A DNA stretch of 64,000 nucleotides from Longimicrobiales bacterium (GTDB lineage Bacteria; Gemmatimonadota; Gemmatimonadetes; Longimicrobiales; Gaopeijiaceae). Shown here piece by piece: positions 18,722-28,199 of this stretch (the first letter of the stretch is position 1; each line of letters opens with the position of its first letter). The stretch spans positions 28,268 to 92,267 of the forward strand of contig CBDANQ010000058.1 in assembly GCA_965197725.1 (NCBI GenBank). The letters are read 5' to 3'. The notes under the pieces were generated by a model. That model was not told the origin of the DNA, did no database searches, and worked only from the letters and a program-made list of their open reading frames with translations. The translations under genes and the position numbers were made by a program.

Positions 18722-19167
18722 GCTGTGCTGGGCGGGCCGGTCTCGTGGGCGTCGAGGAAGCGAGCCGCTATGTCAGGCGTCGGCGTCATGCAGGTGGCTC
18801 TCCGACCGAACCACCGGTAACGATTGCGTGCGACTAGGTCATATGTCGCGTCTCGGATTGGACGCGGCAGGACGATTCCCAGCCGGAGCAGCGCGAACGG
18901 GCGGCCAAGTCCCCGCGCGATTCGCAGGGCCGCCGCCGACCGAGTGTGAACGCCGTCCGAGTCGAGCAGGACGATACTGTCCGGGAGCGCGTCGATCTCA
19001 TCCCGGCCCAAGGCCTTCTCCAGCTCTCGACGAGCAGCGTCTGACTGGAGGGACGCGAAATAGAATCGTCGGTCCTTGTCGCGCTCGATTACCCACTGGA
19101 CCGCCGAGTTGCAAAGGTTGCAGACTCCGTCGAAGAGAATGACGGGACGTTGTGGTCGGCGGTCCAC
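18718..19167 (-). CDS. thiol-disulfide oxidoreductase DCC family protein (DUF393)
   Basis: The motif ILFDGVCNLCNSAVQWVIERD and the C-terminal YDLVARNRYRWFG are present. The likely GTG start at 19167 overlaps the TAG of the upstream gene by 1 nt, so the ORF-track start at 19326 is over-extended. Confidence 0.8.
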   Translation of the reverse strand: MDRRPQRPVILFDGVCNLCNSAVQWVIERDKDRRFYFASLQSDAARRELEKALGRDEIDALPDSIVLLDSDGVHTRSAAALRIARGLGRPFALLRLGIVLPRPIRDATYDLVARNRYRWFGRRATCMTPTPDIAARFLDAHETGPPSTA

Positions 19168-21873
19168 TAGTTCCCGCCGCGCGCGACGAAGATCGGCGTG
19201 CTGTGCTCGGTGCCGTTCACCGTCAGCACAGCCGTGTACTGCCCGGGCTGCACGGTGTTGGCACGCCGTCGGAATCCGCCACCACCGCCACCACCCTGAT
19301 GGGCGCCCATGCGGTCGAGTCGCCACTCGATCTGGCTCAGGCCTGCGGAACCACTCGCCTCGAGAACGTTCACTGTCCTGCCCTGGCTGTCCTGCACCTC
19401 CAGCGTGATGTCGGCATCCGCACCGAGCCAGTAGTGCACGTACGCGCTCTGAACGTTTCCGCCGAAGCCTCCAGACTCACCACTGGGAACCACGCCATCT
19501 TCGGCACCGAATACGTGCGCGCTCGAAGCGACGACCGCCGGGGTGAGCTGTTGGAGCTGGCGGACATCGCACGCGAACATGCCGCGACCGTGGGTCGCCG
19601 CGACCATGATGTCCTCCCGGGGATGGATCACGAGGTCGTGCACGAACGTGCTCGGCAGCTCATGGCTGAGGGCATGCCACTGCTCGCCCTGGTCCAGCGA
19701 CACGTAGACCCCGACGTCGTTCCCGGCATAGAGGATGTTGTCGTTCTTCGGGTCCTCGCGGATGATGTTCACCGGCCCGAAGGGGATGCCGTTCGCGATG
19801 CTCTTCCACGTTCGGCCGTAGTCGGTGGACTTCCACACGTAGGGGGCGAAGTCGTCACTGCGACGTCCGTTCTGTGTCACATACACCGTGCCCTCGTCGA
19901 GGCGCGACGCCACCACCTCGGAGGTGAAGCGGTCGGAGTGCAGACCCCGCGACACATCCATCCAGGCCCCACCGTCGTTCATGGTCACATGAACCCGACC
20001 GTCGTCCGTGCCCGCGTAGAGAAGGCCCTGTCTGATGGGTGACTCCGAGAGCGCAACGATGGTCTGGAACTGGATGTCGCCAATACGGTCGACATCGTTG
20101 TGCGACAGGTCCGGGCTGATGCGCCGCCAGTCGTGGCCCTGATTCGTCGACTTGAAGACAAAGTTCATGCCGTGGTAGATGGTGTTCGGGTCGTGCGGCG
20201 AGATGATGAAGTGCGCCAACCACTGACCTCGGAGCGGCGGTTCGCCCGGGCCGGCACTCGGCATGATCGACGTGTTCTCGCCCGTCTCGAGGTTACGGCG
20301 TGCGATCGAACCGTAGAAGCCCGCCGAATAGACGAGGTTCGGGTCACGCGGGTCGATAGCATGGTGGCTGCCCTCGCCGCCCGGCGCAGAATCGAACTCG
20401 ACCGCGGGAATGCTGTGGCGCCCGCTGCTCAGGTCGACGATGCCACTGTATGAGCCGTGGTCCTGCACCGATCCGTACACCCGGAACGGTAGCCCGAGAT
20501 CGTAGTTCACGTTGAAGAACTGGACCATCGGAAGCCCACGGAAGAAACGCCAGTTCTCGCCGGCGTCGTAGGAGACGTACGCGCCTCCATCGTTGTTGTT
20601 GACGAGGTAATCGGAGTTGTTGGGGTCGATGTACAGTCCGTGGTGATCAATGTGCATGCCGGTCAGCCGCGTGAACGTGGCGCCACCGTCGTCCGAGACG
20701 TTCAGACCTAGACCCATGACGTAGATCTTGTCCGAGTCGTTCGGATCGACCCGAATCTGGCCGAACACACCACCCATACGTGCTGGCCAGATTCTCCATG
20801 AACTCGTTGTGCTCGCTCATCCTCCGCCACGAGGAGCCGCCGTTGTCGGACCGGAACACGGTCGCGCCGCGAATCACACCGCCACGGGGCCGTCCGTAAG
20901 TATCGACCTCAGCGCTCGCCCCGCCTTCGCGCGCGATCTCGTAGTTGTCGACGAACGCATAGATCGTCTCGGGCTGCGAGCGCGCGATGTCGATGCCGAT
21001 CCGGCCGCGGTACCGGGCCTCGGGCAACCCGTTGTTCACTTGCTTCCAATTCGTGCCCCCGTCCGTGCTCTTCCAGACACCGGAGCCGGTGAAGTAGTCG
21101 GTCGATTGCGTGAACGCCGGCTCGTTGCGCGGATCGTTGAATTTCGCCCGCCGCCGCTGCCACGTCGCCGCATACAGTGTGTTCGGGTCGTTCGGGTGGA
21201 TGACCAGGTCGATGGCTCCGGTCATGTCGTCGACGTAGAGCACGTTCTGCCAGGTCTGGCCACCGTCGGTCGTCCGGTAGACGCCGCGCTCCGGATTGTC
21301 GCGATACTCGTGACCGCTCGCGGCCACCCAGACGATGTCCGGGTTGTTGGGGTGCACGACGACACGCGCGATGGTCTGCGTCTCAGTGAGCCCCTTGTGT
21401 GTCCAGGTCTCGCCCCCGTCCGTCGTCTTGTAGATGCCCGCGCCGGCGTGCGAGCTGCGGAAGATGTTCGCCTCACCGGTACCGACCCAGACGATCTCCG
21501 GGTTCGACGGGCTGATGGCGATGTCCCCGATGGAGGTCGTGAGCTGTTCGTCGAAGAGCGACGTCCAGGTCACGCCCTCGTTCTCTGTTTTCCACAGGCC
21601 GCCCGAGGCGCCTCCGACATACATCGTGTACGTCTCGCCCCGGGGCTCTGGGACCGCGATGTCCGTCGATCGACCGCTGATGTTCGTCGGCCCGAGGTGC
21701 TGCCACGGCAGCGTGGAGAAGAGGGACCCTTTGACCATCGCCCGGTGTTGTTCGAAGGCCTCCAGTCGCTCGGTGGCCGACATGCGCTCACTCTGGGCGG
21801 CGATCGGAGCGGACGGCGGGATGGTGAGCAAGGCCGTCCGGAGCAGGACGAAGCTGATGCGCCTGGTGTTCAT
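19167..21873 (-). pseudogene. BNR/sortilin (VPS10)-like repeat exported glycosidase-like protein, split by a +1 frameshift near 20769
   Basis: ORF 20647..21873 has a signal peptide and repeated xxSxDxGxTW motifs (TENEGVTWT, TTDGGETWT, TTDGGQTWQ, STDGGTNWK, SDNGGSSWR) and ends ...NLASTYGW. ORF 19167..20777 continues with VFGQIRVDPNDSDKIYVMG... and more repeats (VSDDGGATF, SYDAGENW, STNQGHDW, STDYGRTW). Confidence 0.75.
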
Positions 21874-22014
21874 GACATGGAGCCGGTCGAGCTACCGAAA
21901 TCAGGACTGCGGCACTCCGCCGCCGGAGTCGGAAACGTATGAGCCGCGCTTTCCGCCACGCCAGGGGGCGTAGTAGCTTGGACAGACGCCCGAGCGGTAG
22001 ACCGGAACTCCCAC

Positions 22015-23679
22015 ATGCCGACCCCAACCAGATCTCTGTTCCTCCTTCTCGCGACCACCGCCTTCGTGGCATGCGGCGCCCAGCCGATCGAAGACCCTGA
22101 GGAGGCAGAGGAGCACCAGCGGATGCACGCCCTTCTCGACCAGTACGCGACCGTCCGCCTCGCGGCCGACGTCTCGCACCTCTCCGCCGACGACCAGGAG
22201 GTCGTCCGTCTCCTTATCCAGGCCGTGCAGCCCATGGACGACGTCTTCTGGTATCAGGCCTACGGCGATCGGAGAGCTGCGGAGGAGCTGTCGCACGGTG
22301 ACCCGGCGACGCTGGAGTATCTGCGGGTCAACTTCGGGCCGTGGGATCGACTGCACGGAGATGAGTCGTTCATCGAGGACGTCGGCGCCAAGCCCGCCGG
22401 AGCCAACTTCTATCCACGAGCCATGACCTCGGAGGAGTTCGACGCCGTGGTCGTGGACAACCCGGAGTTACGGAGCCTCTACACGCTCGTCCGTCGTGAC
22501 GAATCGCTTGGACTCGTCGCTGTGCCGTATCACGAGCAGTTCGCCCAAGCGCATGCGGATGCAGCCGCGAAGCTCAGGGAGGCGGCTGAGCTCGCGAGTG
22601 ATCCGGGGCTCGCCCACTATCTGCGCCTGCGCGCCGACGCTCTTGAGACGGACGACTATCGGGCGAGCGACATGGCGTGGATGGACATGAAGGACAACCC
22701 GATCGACGTGATCATCGGACCCATCGAGACGTACGAAGATCAGCTCTATGGATACAAGGCCGCACACGAGGGCTATGTGCTGATCAAGGACATGAAGTGG
22801 AGTGGGAGGCTGTCCCGGTTTGCGGCGCTGCTGCCGAGTCTCCAGCAGGGCCTACCGGTCGACGCACGCTACAAGGCTGAGGCCCCCGGCACCGACTCCG
22901 ACCTGAATGCGTACGACGTCGTCTACTACGCGGGGGACGCGAACGCGGGCTCGAAGACGATCGCGATCAATTTGCCGAACGACGAGCGGGTGCAGCTCAG
23001 GAAGGGTACGCGACGCCTTCAGCTCAAGAACGCGATGCAGGCCAAGTTCGATCAGATCATGGTCCCGCTCGCCGAACAGCTGATCCCTGAAGACCAACGT
23101 GTCCACGTGACCTTCGATGCGTTCTTCGGCAACACGATGTTCCACGAGGTCGCGCACGGGCTCGGTATCAAGAACACCCTGGGGGGCCATGGCACCGTGC
23201 GGACCACGCTGCGGCAGCACGCGTCACCCATGGAGGAAGGAAAAGCGGACGTCGTCGGGCTCTATATGGTCACGCAGCTCTTCGAGCGTGGCGAGCTGAC
23301 GGAGGGCTCGATCGAGGACCACTACGTGACGTTCCTCGCCGGGATCTTCCGCTCCGTGCGTTTCGGCGCGTCGAGCGCGCACGGACAGGCCAACATGGTC
23401 CGTTTCAACTACTTCCAGGAGGAAGGCGCGTTTACGCGCGACGAGGTATCCGGAACCTATCGCGTCGACTTCGACGCGATGCGCGCCGCAGTCGACGGCC
23501 TGAGCGAGCTGATACTGACGCTGCAGGGGGACGGTGACTACGAGGGCGTGGATCAGCTGATGGCTGAAAAGGGAGTCGTACCGCCAGAGCTACAGCGTGA
23601 CCTGGACCGGCTCGACGCGCTGGGGATCCCGCGTGACATCGTGTTCGAACAGGGAATCGGGGTAGTGTTCGGCCGCTAG
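22015..23679 (+). CDS. peptidase M49 (DPP III)-related Zn-hydrolase, lipoprotein
   Basis: There is a lipobox (LLLATTAFVAC). The zinc motif FHEVAHGLG (HExxH) and the second motif EEGKAD resemble the NUDT3-type DPP III-like family. Confidence 0.65.
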   Translation: MPTPTRSLFLLLATTAFVACGAQPIEDPEEAEEHQRMHALLDQYATVRLAADVSHLSADDQEVVRLLIQAVQPMDDVFWYQAYGDRRAAEELSHGDPATLEYLRVNFGPWDRLHGDESFIEDVGAKPAGANFYPRAMTSEEFDAVVVDNPELRSLYTLVRRDESLGLVAVPYHEQFAQAHADAAAKLREAAELASDPGLAHYLRLRADALETDDYRASDMAWMDMKDNPIDVIIGPIETYEDQLYGYKAAHEGYVLIKDMKWSGRLSRFAALLPSLQQGLPVDARYKAEAPGTDSDLNAYDVVYYAGDANAGSKTIAINLPNDERVQLRKGTRRLQLKNAMQAKFDQIMVPLAEQLIPEDQRVHVTFDAFFGNTMFHEVAHGLGIKNTLGGHGTVRTTLRQHASPMEEGKADVVGLYMVTQLFERGELTEGSIEDHYVTFLAGIFRSVRFGASSAHGQANMVRFNYFQEEGAFTRDEVSGTYRVDFDAMRAAVDGLSELILTLQGDGDYEGVDQLMAEKGVVPPELQRDLDRLDALGIPRDIVFEQGIGVVFGR

Positions 23680-24068
23680 CCATGCGGTAGTAGGCTTCCG
23701 CTGAGCCTGCCGAGGCCTTCCTTCATCCAAGGAGTGGGACTGGGCCATGTGGGTTCAGGGCCAGTCCCGAATCGAAGTGCCGAGGTTGTCCGCGGAAGAA
23801 GGCAGCATAGAGGCAACCCCGAAGAACGATTCGATCACATACCCGTTCCTGAGCCCGGAACTTGCCGAATGGGGATGAGGCCCGCGAGCCGCATGCGCGC
23901 CAACAGCTCGGCGTCGATGTCGTCACCCTTGTAGTTCGACGGGGCATGCACTTCATGGAGATCTCATCTCATGGTGGTCGAGTGTGCGCCGGATAGAGTC
24001 GGGCGACCTTTGTCGGTGCCCAAACGCTTCCGTTGCGCAGAGCCTGGGGGCGGGCCTAGCGTGATCAC

Positions 24069-24836
24069 ATGAAAGCGATGGGCTGGCTGGCTGCAGGTGC
24101 GACGGCTCTGGCGGGGGCTGCAGGGAGCGTGGGGACCATCCCGCTCCACATCGAGCTCGCGCCGGCCCTCCAAGGCCTTCCAGCGAACCCCGGCTATGGC
24201 GCCGGCTTCATCTTCACGCGCATTCGGTACGGCGGAAGCGGATTCGGTTTCCGTCGCGGCGGCGCTAGCTGGTCGCACGACTATCCCCGAGCCGACTCCA
24301 ACCTCTCGATGCTGCTCACCGAACTCACGACCATCGACGCGGAAACTGGCGGCACGAACGTGCTAGAGATCGGCGACCCTGAACTCTTCAAGTATCCGGT
24401 TGCGTATATCTCCGAACCGGGCTTCTGGGATATGACGGATCGACAGGCCGTCGTTCTGCGCCAATACGTGTTGAAGGGAGGGTTCCTCATCTTCGACGAC
24501 TTCGAGCGACGGCAGCTCGACAACACGCTGTACCAGCTCGCTCGCTCGCTGCCCGAGTACGAACTGGTTCACATCGACATCGATCACCCGATCTTCCACT
24601 CGTTCTTCTCGATGGAAGACATCTACTTCCCACATCCGCTGGTGGACGTGATCCCCGTCTACTACGCGCTCTTCGAAGACAACGACCCTCGGAAGCGCAT
24701 GCTGGCGATCATCAACCACAACAATGACATCGCGGAGTACTGGGAGTGGTCAGCCGAGAGTTGGTTCCCCGTCGACATCACCAACGACGCATACAAGCTC
24801 GGGATCAACTACATCACCTACGCCATGACACACTGA
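24069..24836 (+). CDS. DUF4159 domain-containing protein
   Basis: Has a signal peptide. Conserved blocks: WSHDYPRADSNL, FKYPVAYISEPGFW, LRQYVLKGGFLIFDDF. Confidence 0.75.
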   Translation: MKAMGWLAAGATALAGAAGSVGTIPLHIELAPALQGLPANPGYGAGFIFTRIRYGGSGFGFRRGGASWSHDYPRADSNLSMLLTELTTIDAETGGTNVLEIGDPELFKYPVAYISEPGFWDMTDRQAVVLRQYVLKGGFLIFDDFERRQLDNTLYQLARSLPEYELVHIDIDHPIFHSFFSMEDIYFPHPLVDVIPVYYALFEDNDPRKRMLAIINHNNDIAEYWEWSAESWFPVDITNDAYKLGINYITYAMTH

Positions 24837-24842
24837 GCGTCG

Positions 24843-25403
24843 CTACGGCACCCAGGTCGTGAGCTCGGCGGCCGGCCAACGCGCTTTGGCTTCCGGCACG
24901 CTCGCAGGCTCCCCCACGTTGACGGTGGCGACGATGCGCTCACCCTTTGGGAGGCCCGCCGCAGCATGCGACTGCGGGTCGTCCATGATCGCGCCAGACT
25001 TGATGTGGGTGCCGAGCCCCATTGCATGGGCGACCAGCGAGAGGTTCTGGATCGCCATGAACGTTGCCGCGTAGTCCTCTTCGCGGATCTCCGGGTCCTC
25101 GTCGAGCACGACACTTACGACGAGCATGGCCGGAAGCTCCCGATGCGTGCGTTCGACCTTCGCGATGACCGCCTGCGCTGCGTCCGGCTCGTCGACCCGC
25201 TTCGCCTTGCGGGCACCGAGCGCGGCACCATACGCGGCGCGTGCCTCGGGGCCGAGTACATAGAACCGCCAAGGCTCGGTCATACGGTGGTTCGGCGCTT
25301 GGCAGGCTGCGTCGAGCAATCGGTCGATCTCTTCGCGAGAGATCTCTCGGTCGCTGAACTCTTTGATCGAACGTCGGGTCGCGATGGCTTCGACAACTTT
25401 CAT
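24843..25403 (-). CDS. nitroreductase family protein
   Basis: Start ATG at 25403 (MKVVEAIATRRSIKEFSDREISREEIDRLLDAACQAPNHRMTEPWRF). The ORF-track start at 25568 is over-extended. Confidence 0.85.
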   Translation of the reverse strand: MKVVEAIATRRSIKEFSDREISREEIDRLLDAACQAPNHRMTEPWRFYVLGPEARAAYGAALGARKAKRVDEPDAAQAVIAKVERTHRELPAMLVVSVVLDEDPEIREEDYAATFMAIQNLSLVAHAMGLGTHIKSGAIMDDPQSHAAAGLPKGERIVATVNVGEPASVPEAKARWPAAELTTWVP

Positions 25404-25570
25404 TGGGCGCGGCGGTCTGGGAGGATCGGACGTGCGAACCGGCGGAATCTGTAAGAATCCAGAACCCGGCGCATGTGGGCACGCGGCACGTGAGGGATCA
25501 GCCCCCAGCCCTAGCCAAGCCCGCCTGATGCTCTGTACCGTGCCACGACCGTTACAGGCCGGAGCCATCG

Positions 25571-26752
25571 ATGGATGACGCGCGTTTCCCCACCACGTGG
25601 GCGCCGTACATGACGTGGGCGAAGCACCACCCGAAGACTTGCTACGACCTCACCGGTTCGAATCTCCTACCTTGCACCATCGACGAGCTACCGGGTGCGA
25701 GAGAGGCGGTGCGCCTGTACGACCGCAACGATGACGGGTGGCCTCCGCTCGTAGACGCGATCGCCCATCGGTACGACGTCGACGCGACCCGAGTCGCGAC
25801 CGCGCCGGGTGCATCCGGAGCGAACTTCATGGCGCTCGCGGCGCTGGTGCGACCCGGCGACACCGTGCTCGTCGAGTGGCCGGGGTACGACCCCCAAGGC
25901 GGCGCCGCTCGCTTCCTCGGAGCGCGGGTCAACACGTTCGAGCGAGCATGGCACGACCGCTTCGCGCTGATCCCCGAGAGGGTGGAAGCCGCGCTCACAC
26001 CCGAGACCCGGGCCGTGGTCGTCACCAACCTGCACAACCCGTCGGGGGTCTATGCAGCGCCTCATGCTCTCGAGGCGGTGGGCGACCTCGCACGCGCCGT
26101 GGGCGCCAAGGTGATCGTCGATGAGGTTTACTTGGATGCCTTGAGCGGAGTGGACCAGAGCCCGGCCGCTACACGAGACGACGTGTTCGTCTCCACGAAT
26201 AGTCTGACCAAGTCGTACGGCCTCTCCGGGCTTCGCGTAGGCTGGATGATCGCGGACCCTGGAACCGTGGAGCGGGCACTGCGCGTGCGCGACGTCGTGG
26301 ACGCGGTCGGCTCGATCCCGTCAGAGATGCTCGGCGTGCTCGCGTTTCAGCAGCTGGATGCTCTGCTCGAGCGCGCCCGTGGGGTGCTCGAGCCCGGCCA
26401 AGCCATCGTGCGCGACTTCATCGCGTCGAGGGCAGAGCTGGAATGGGTTCAACCGATCGGAGGCGCGATCGCCTTCCCCCGCCTCGTCGGGGTCGATGAC
26501 GCCGAGCCGTTCGTCGAGATGGCGGCGACCAAGTTCGACGTCGGAGTCACTCCTGGACTCTTCTTCGGCGCCCCCGAGCACTTCCGGATCGCGGTAGCAG
26601 GCGAGCGGAGCGCGCTCGAGGGCGGGCTGGAAGCTCTGGGAAGAGCGCTAGCAGTCCGTGGAAGAAATAGGTTCCCAGCGGATGATGGGTGGGAGAGAAG
26701 GCAGACACGCGGGGGCTGTGTTGTTGTGCAAGAAGCGGGTTTTGGGGTCTGA
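25571..26752 (+). CDS. pyridoxal-phosphate-dependent aminotransferase (class I/II); its 3' end reads into the IS
   Basis: PLP-lysine region STNSLTKSYGLSGLRVGW. From about 26648 the reading frame continues into IS sequence (…LGRAL|AVRGRNRF…), so the last ~35 codons are IS-derived. Confidence 0.8.
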   Translation: MDDARFPTTWAPYMTWAKHHPKTCYDLTGSNLLPCTIDELPGAREAVRLYDRNDDGWPPLVDAIAHRYDVDATRVATAPGASGANFMALAALVRPGDTVLVEWPGYDPQGGAARFLGARVNTFERAWHDRFALIPERVEAALTPETRAVVVTNLHNPSGVYAAPHALEAVGDLARAVGAKVIVDEVYLDALSGVDQSPAATRDDVFVSTNSLTKSYGLSGLRVGWMIADPGTVERALRVRDVVDAVGSIPSEMLGVLAFQQLDALLERARGVLEPGQAIVRDFIASRAELEWVQPIGGAIAFPRLVGVDDAEPFVEMAATKFDVGVTPGLFFGAPEHFRIAVAGERSALEGGLEALGRALAVRGRNRFPADDGWERRQTRGGCVVVQEAGFGV

Positions 26753-28069
26753 CGAGGCGATATTCGGCCCAAGGAAGGCGAAATAGCGCCGAATACGGCG
26801 GAAAAAGCGCGAGACGCGGGTTGTAACCTGAGTTGCGAGCGCAGCTGGTACGGTAGCGAGGCCCTGTAACGCACGGGGGGTTCCAACCCCGAACCGCTTG
26901 CGCATGAGAAGGCCGAGGTTGAAGGCCGCCGCGTGGATCAACATCCGTTTTCGAATCTCCTCCTGGCCCCGTATGTGGACGCGACGCAGCCCTCCGGTCA
27001 CAAGCAAGTGCGCAAACCCCCGCTCCACCTTCTCGCCGCGCTGGCGCAGCAGCCGCATCCCCCGGTTGCCGCGGATCCGGCGGCGGTTGTCGTAGGTCGG
27101 CGTCTGCGCGTCCCGGTTGTTCTTCCATTTCCGGCGCCCGCGGTTGGGCTCGCTCACATAGCTGCGCAGCTCCCGCTCCTTCACGCCCGTCATGGTCTTG
27201 TTCGAGTGGTAGCCTTTGTCGGCCACCACTTCCTCGGGCTCTACCTGCACTACTTCCAGCTGCCGCTCTGCCTCGTCCAGCGTGTTGGGCAGCGACGCCA
27301 CATCTCCCCCGTCCATCGTCTGCACCGTCACCGCCACAAGCGCACCGGTCTCCATGTCGACCGCCTGCTCCAACTTGTGCGCCAGGCGCGTCCTGCCGTC
27401 CTTCATCTTCGTGATCCGCGCCTCCGGGTCGTGCGGATGCACCCAGTCCTTGTTCGAGCCCTTCTTCGGACGCTTCCGGTCCAGCGTCGTCAGATCCTTG
27501 CGCGTCGGCGTCTCGATCCCCGACGCCCGGGCCACCTGCTCCAGCCATTCATCGTAGCCCAACCCGTCGTCGCGCCGCACGATCGTGCGCATCGCCGCAT
27601 TCGCCTCCAGCGTCGTCGAGTCGACGCCCAGCGTCTTGCCGCTCAGCAACCCCGACCCCTTCAGCAGCTCCAGCACCCGCCCGAACACCGCCGCGTGCGC
27701 TTCCACGCTCAGGCGCTTGCGCGTCTTCGACAGGGTCGAATGCTCCGGCGGGTTCTTCGCCCACCCGTATCCCAGAAACTCACGCAACGACAACGAGTCC
27801 CCACACCGCCAGGCAATGCCCCGCTCCGAGCCGATCCCTTCGAGGTAGCCCACCATCATCATTCGGAAATACACCCCGGGAGCAATCCCCGGCCGACCCC
27901 GATTGTCCGCGTAGAACTCACGGCATGCCTCTTCCGCGAACTCGTCAAACCCGCTTTTCGCCAGAAGCTCGTTCAAGGCCCGGTAGAACGGGTTGTCCAA
28001 GGCCCGAATCTCGCTCGCCACCACGAACATCTCGCCCTGCCGAGCCTCGGGCCGCTTGCCTACCGCCAT
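26648..28069 (-). CDS. IS5/IS1182 family transposase (DUF772 N-domain plus DDE domain)
   Basis: The ATG at 28069 (MAVGKRPEARQGEMF...) is preceded by GAGGA. DUF772-like block: GRPGIAPGVYFRMMMVGYLEGIGSERGIAWRCGDSLSLREFLG. DDE C-domain: VVADKGYHS ... GEKVERGFAHL...LRRVHIRGQEEIRKRMLIHAAAFNLGLL. The stop TAG lies in the terminal CTAG. Confidence 0.85.
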   Translation of the reverse strand: MAVGKRPEARQGEMFVVASEIRALDNPFYRALNELLAKSGFDEFAEEACREFYADNRGRPGIAPGVYFRMMMVGYLEGIGSERGIAWRCGDSLSLREFLGYGWAKNPPEHSTLSKTRKRLSVEAHAAVFGRVLELLKGSGLLSGKTLGVDSTTLEANAAMRTIVRRDDGLGYDEWLEQVARASGIETPTRKDLTTLDRKRPKKGSNKDWVHPHDPEARITKMKDGRTRLAHKLEQAVDMETGALVAVTVQTMDGGDVASLPNTLDEAERQLEVVQVEPEEVVADKGYHSNKTMTGVKERELRSYVSEPNRGRRKWKNNRDAQTPTYDNRRRIRGNRGMRLLRQRGEKVERGFAHLLVTGGLRRVHIRGQEEIRKRMLIHAAAFNLGLLMRKRFGVGTPRALQGLATVPAALATQVTTRVSRFFRRIRRYFAFLGPNIASSDPKTRFLHNNTAPACLPSLPPIIRWEPISSTDC

Positions 28070-28150
28070 CGCCGTCCTCGCTGCAAAAACCCTCGTGTCC
28101 TCCTGATTTAACACAACAGCGATGACCGGACTTTATCCACGGTCTGCTAG
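26648..28150 (-). mobile_element. IS5/IS1182-type insertion sequence, copy A (1503 bp)
   Basis: The 1503 bp match 58008-59510 apart from 3 mismatches (26847, 27842, 28134). Imperfect terminal inverted repeats are CTAGCAGTCCGTGGAAGAAA and (reverse complement) CTAGCAGACCGTGGATAAAG. CTAG is present at both ends. Confidence 0.9.
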
Positions 28151-28199
28151 ACCGGGGTCTACCCTAACAGCATGCAGGTAGAAGTAAGCGGGCTAGGCG

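Noticed and set aside
23680-24068. A 390-bp spacer with short ORFs (e.g. HEVHAPSNYKGDDIDAELLARMRLAGL on the minus strand) and a hairpin GGGACTGG...CCAGTCCC at about 23729-23770.
   Set aside because: I could not assign the peptides to any family with confidence. The hairpin has a mismatch or bulge and no U-tract. It may be a gene remnant or a terminator, but the support is insufficient.
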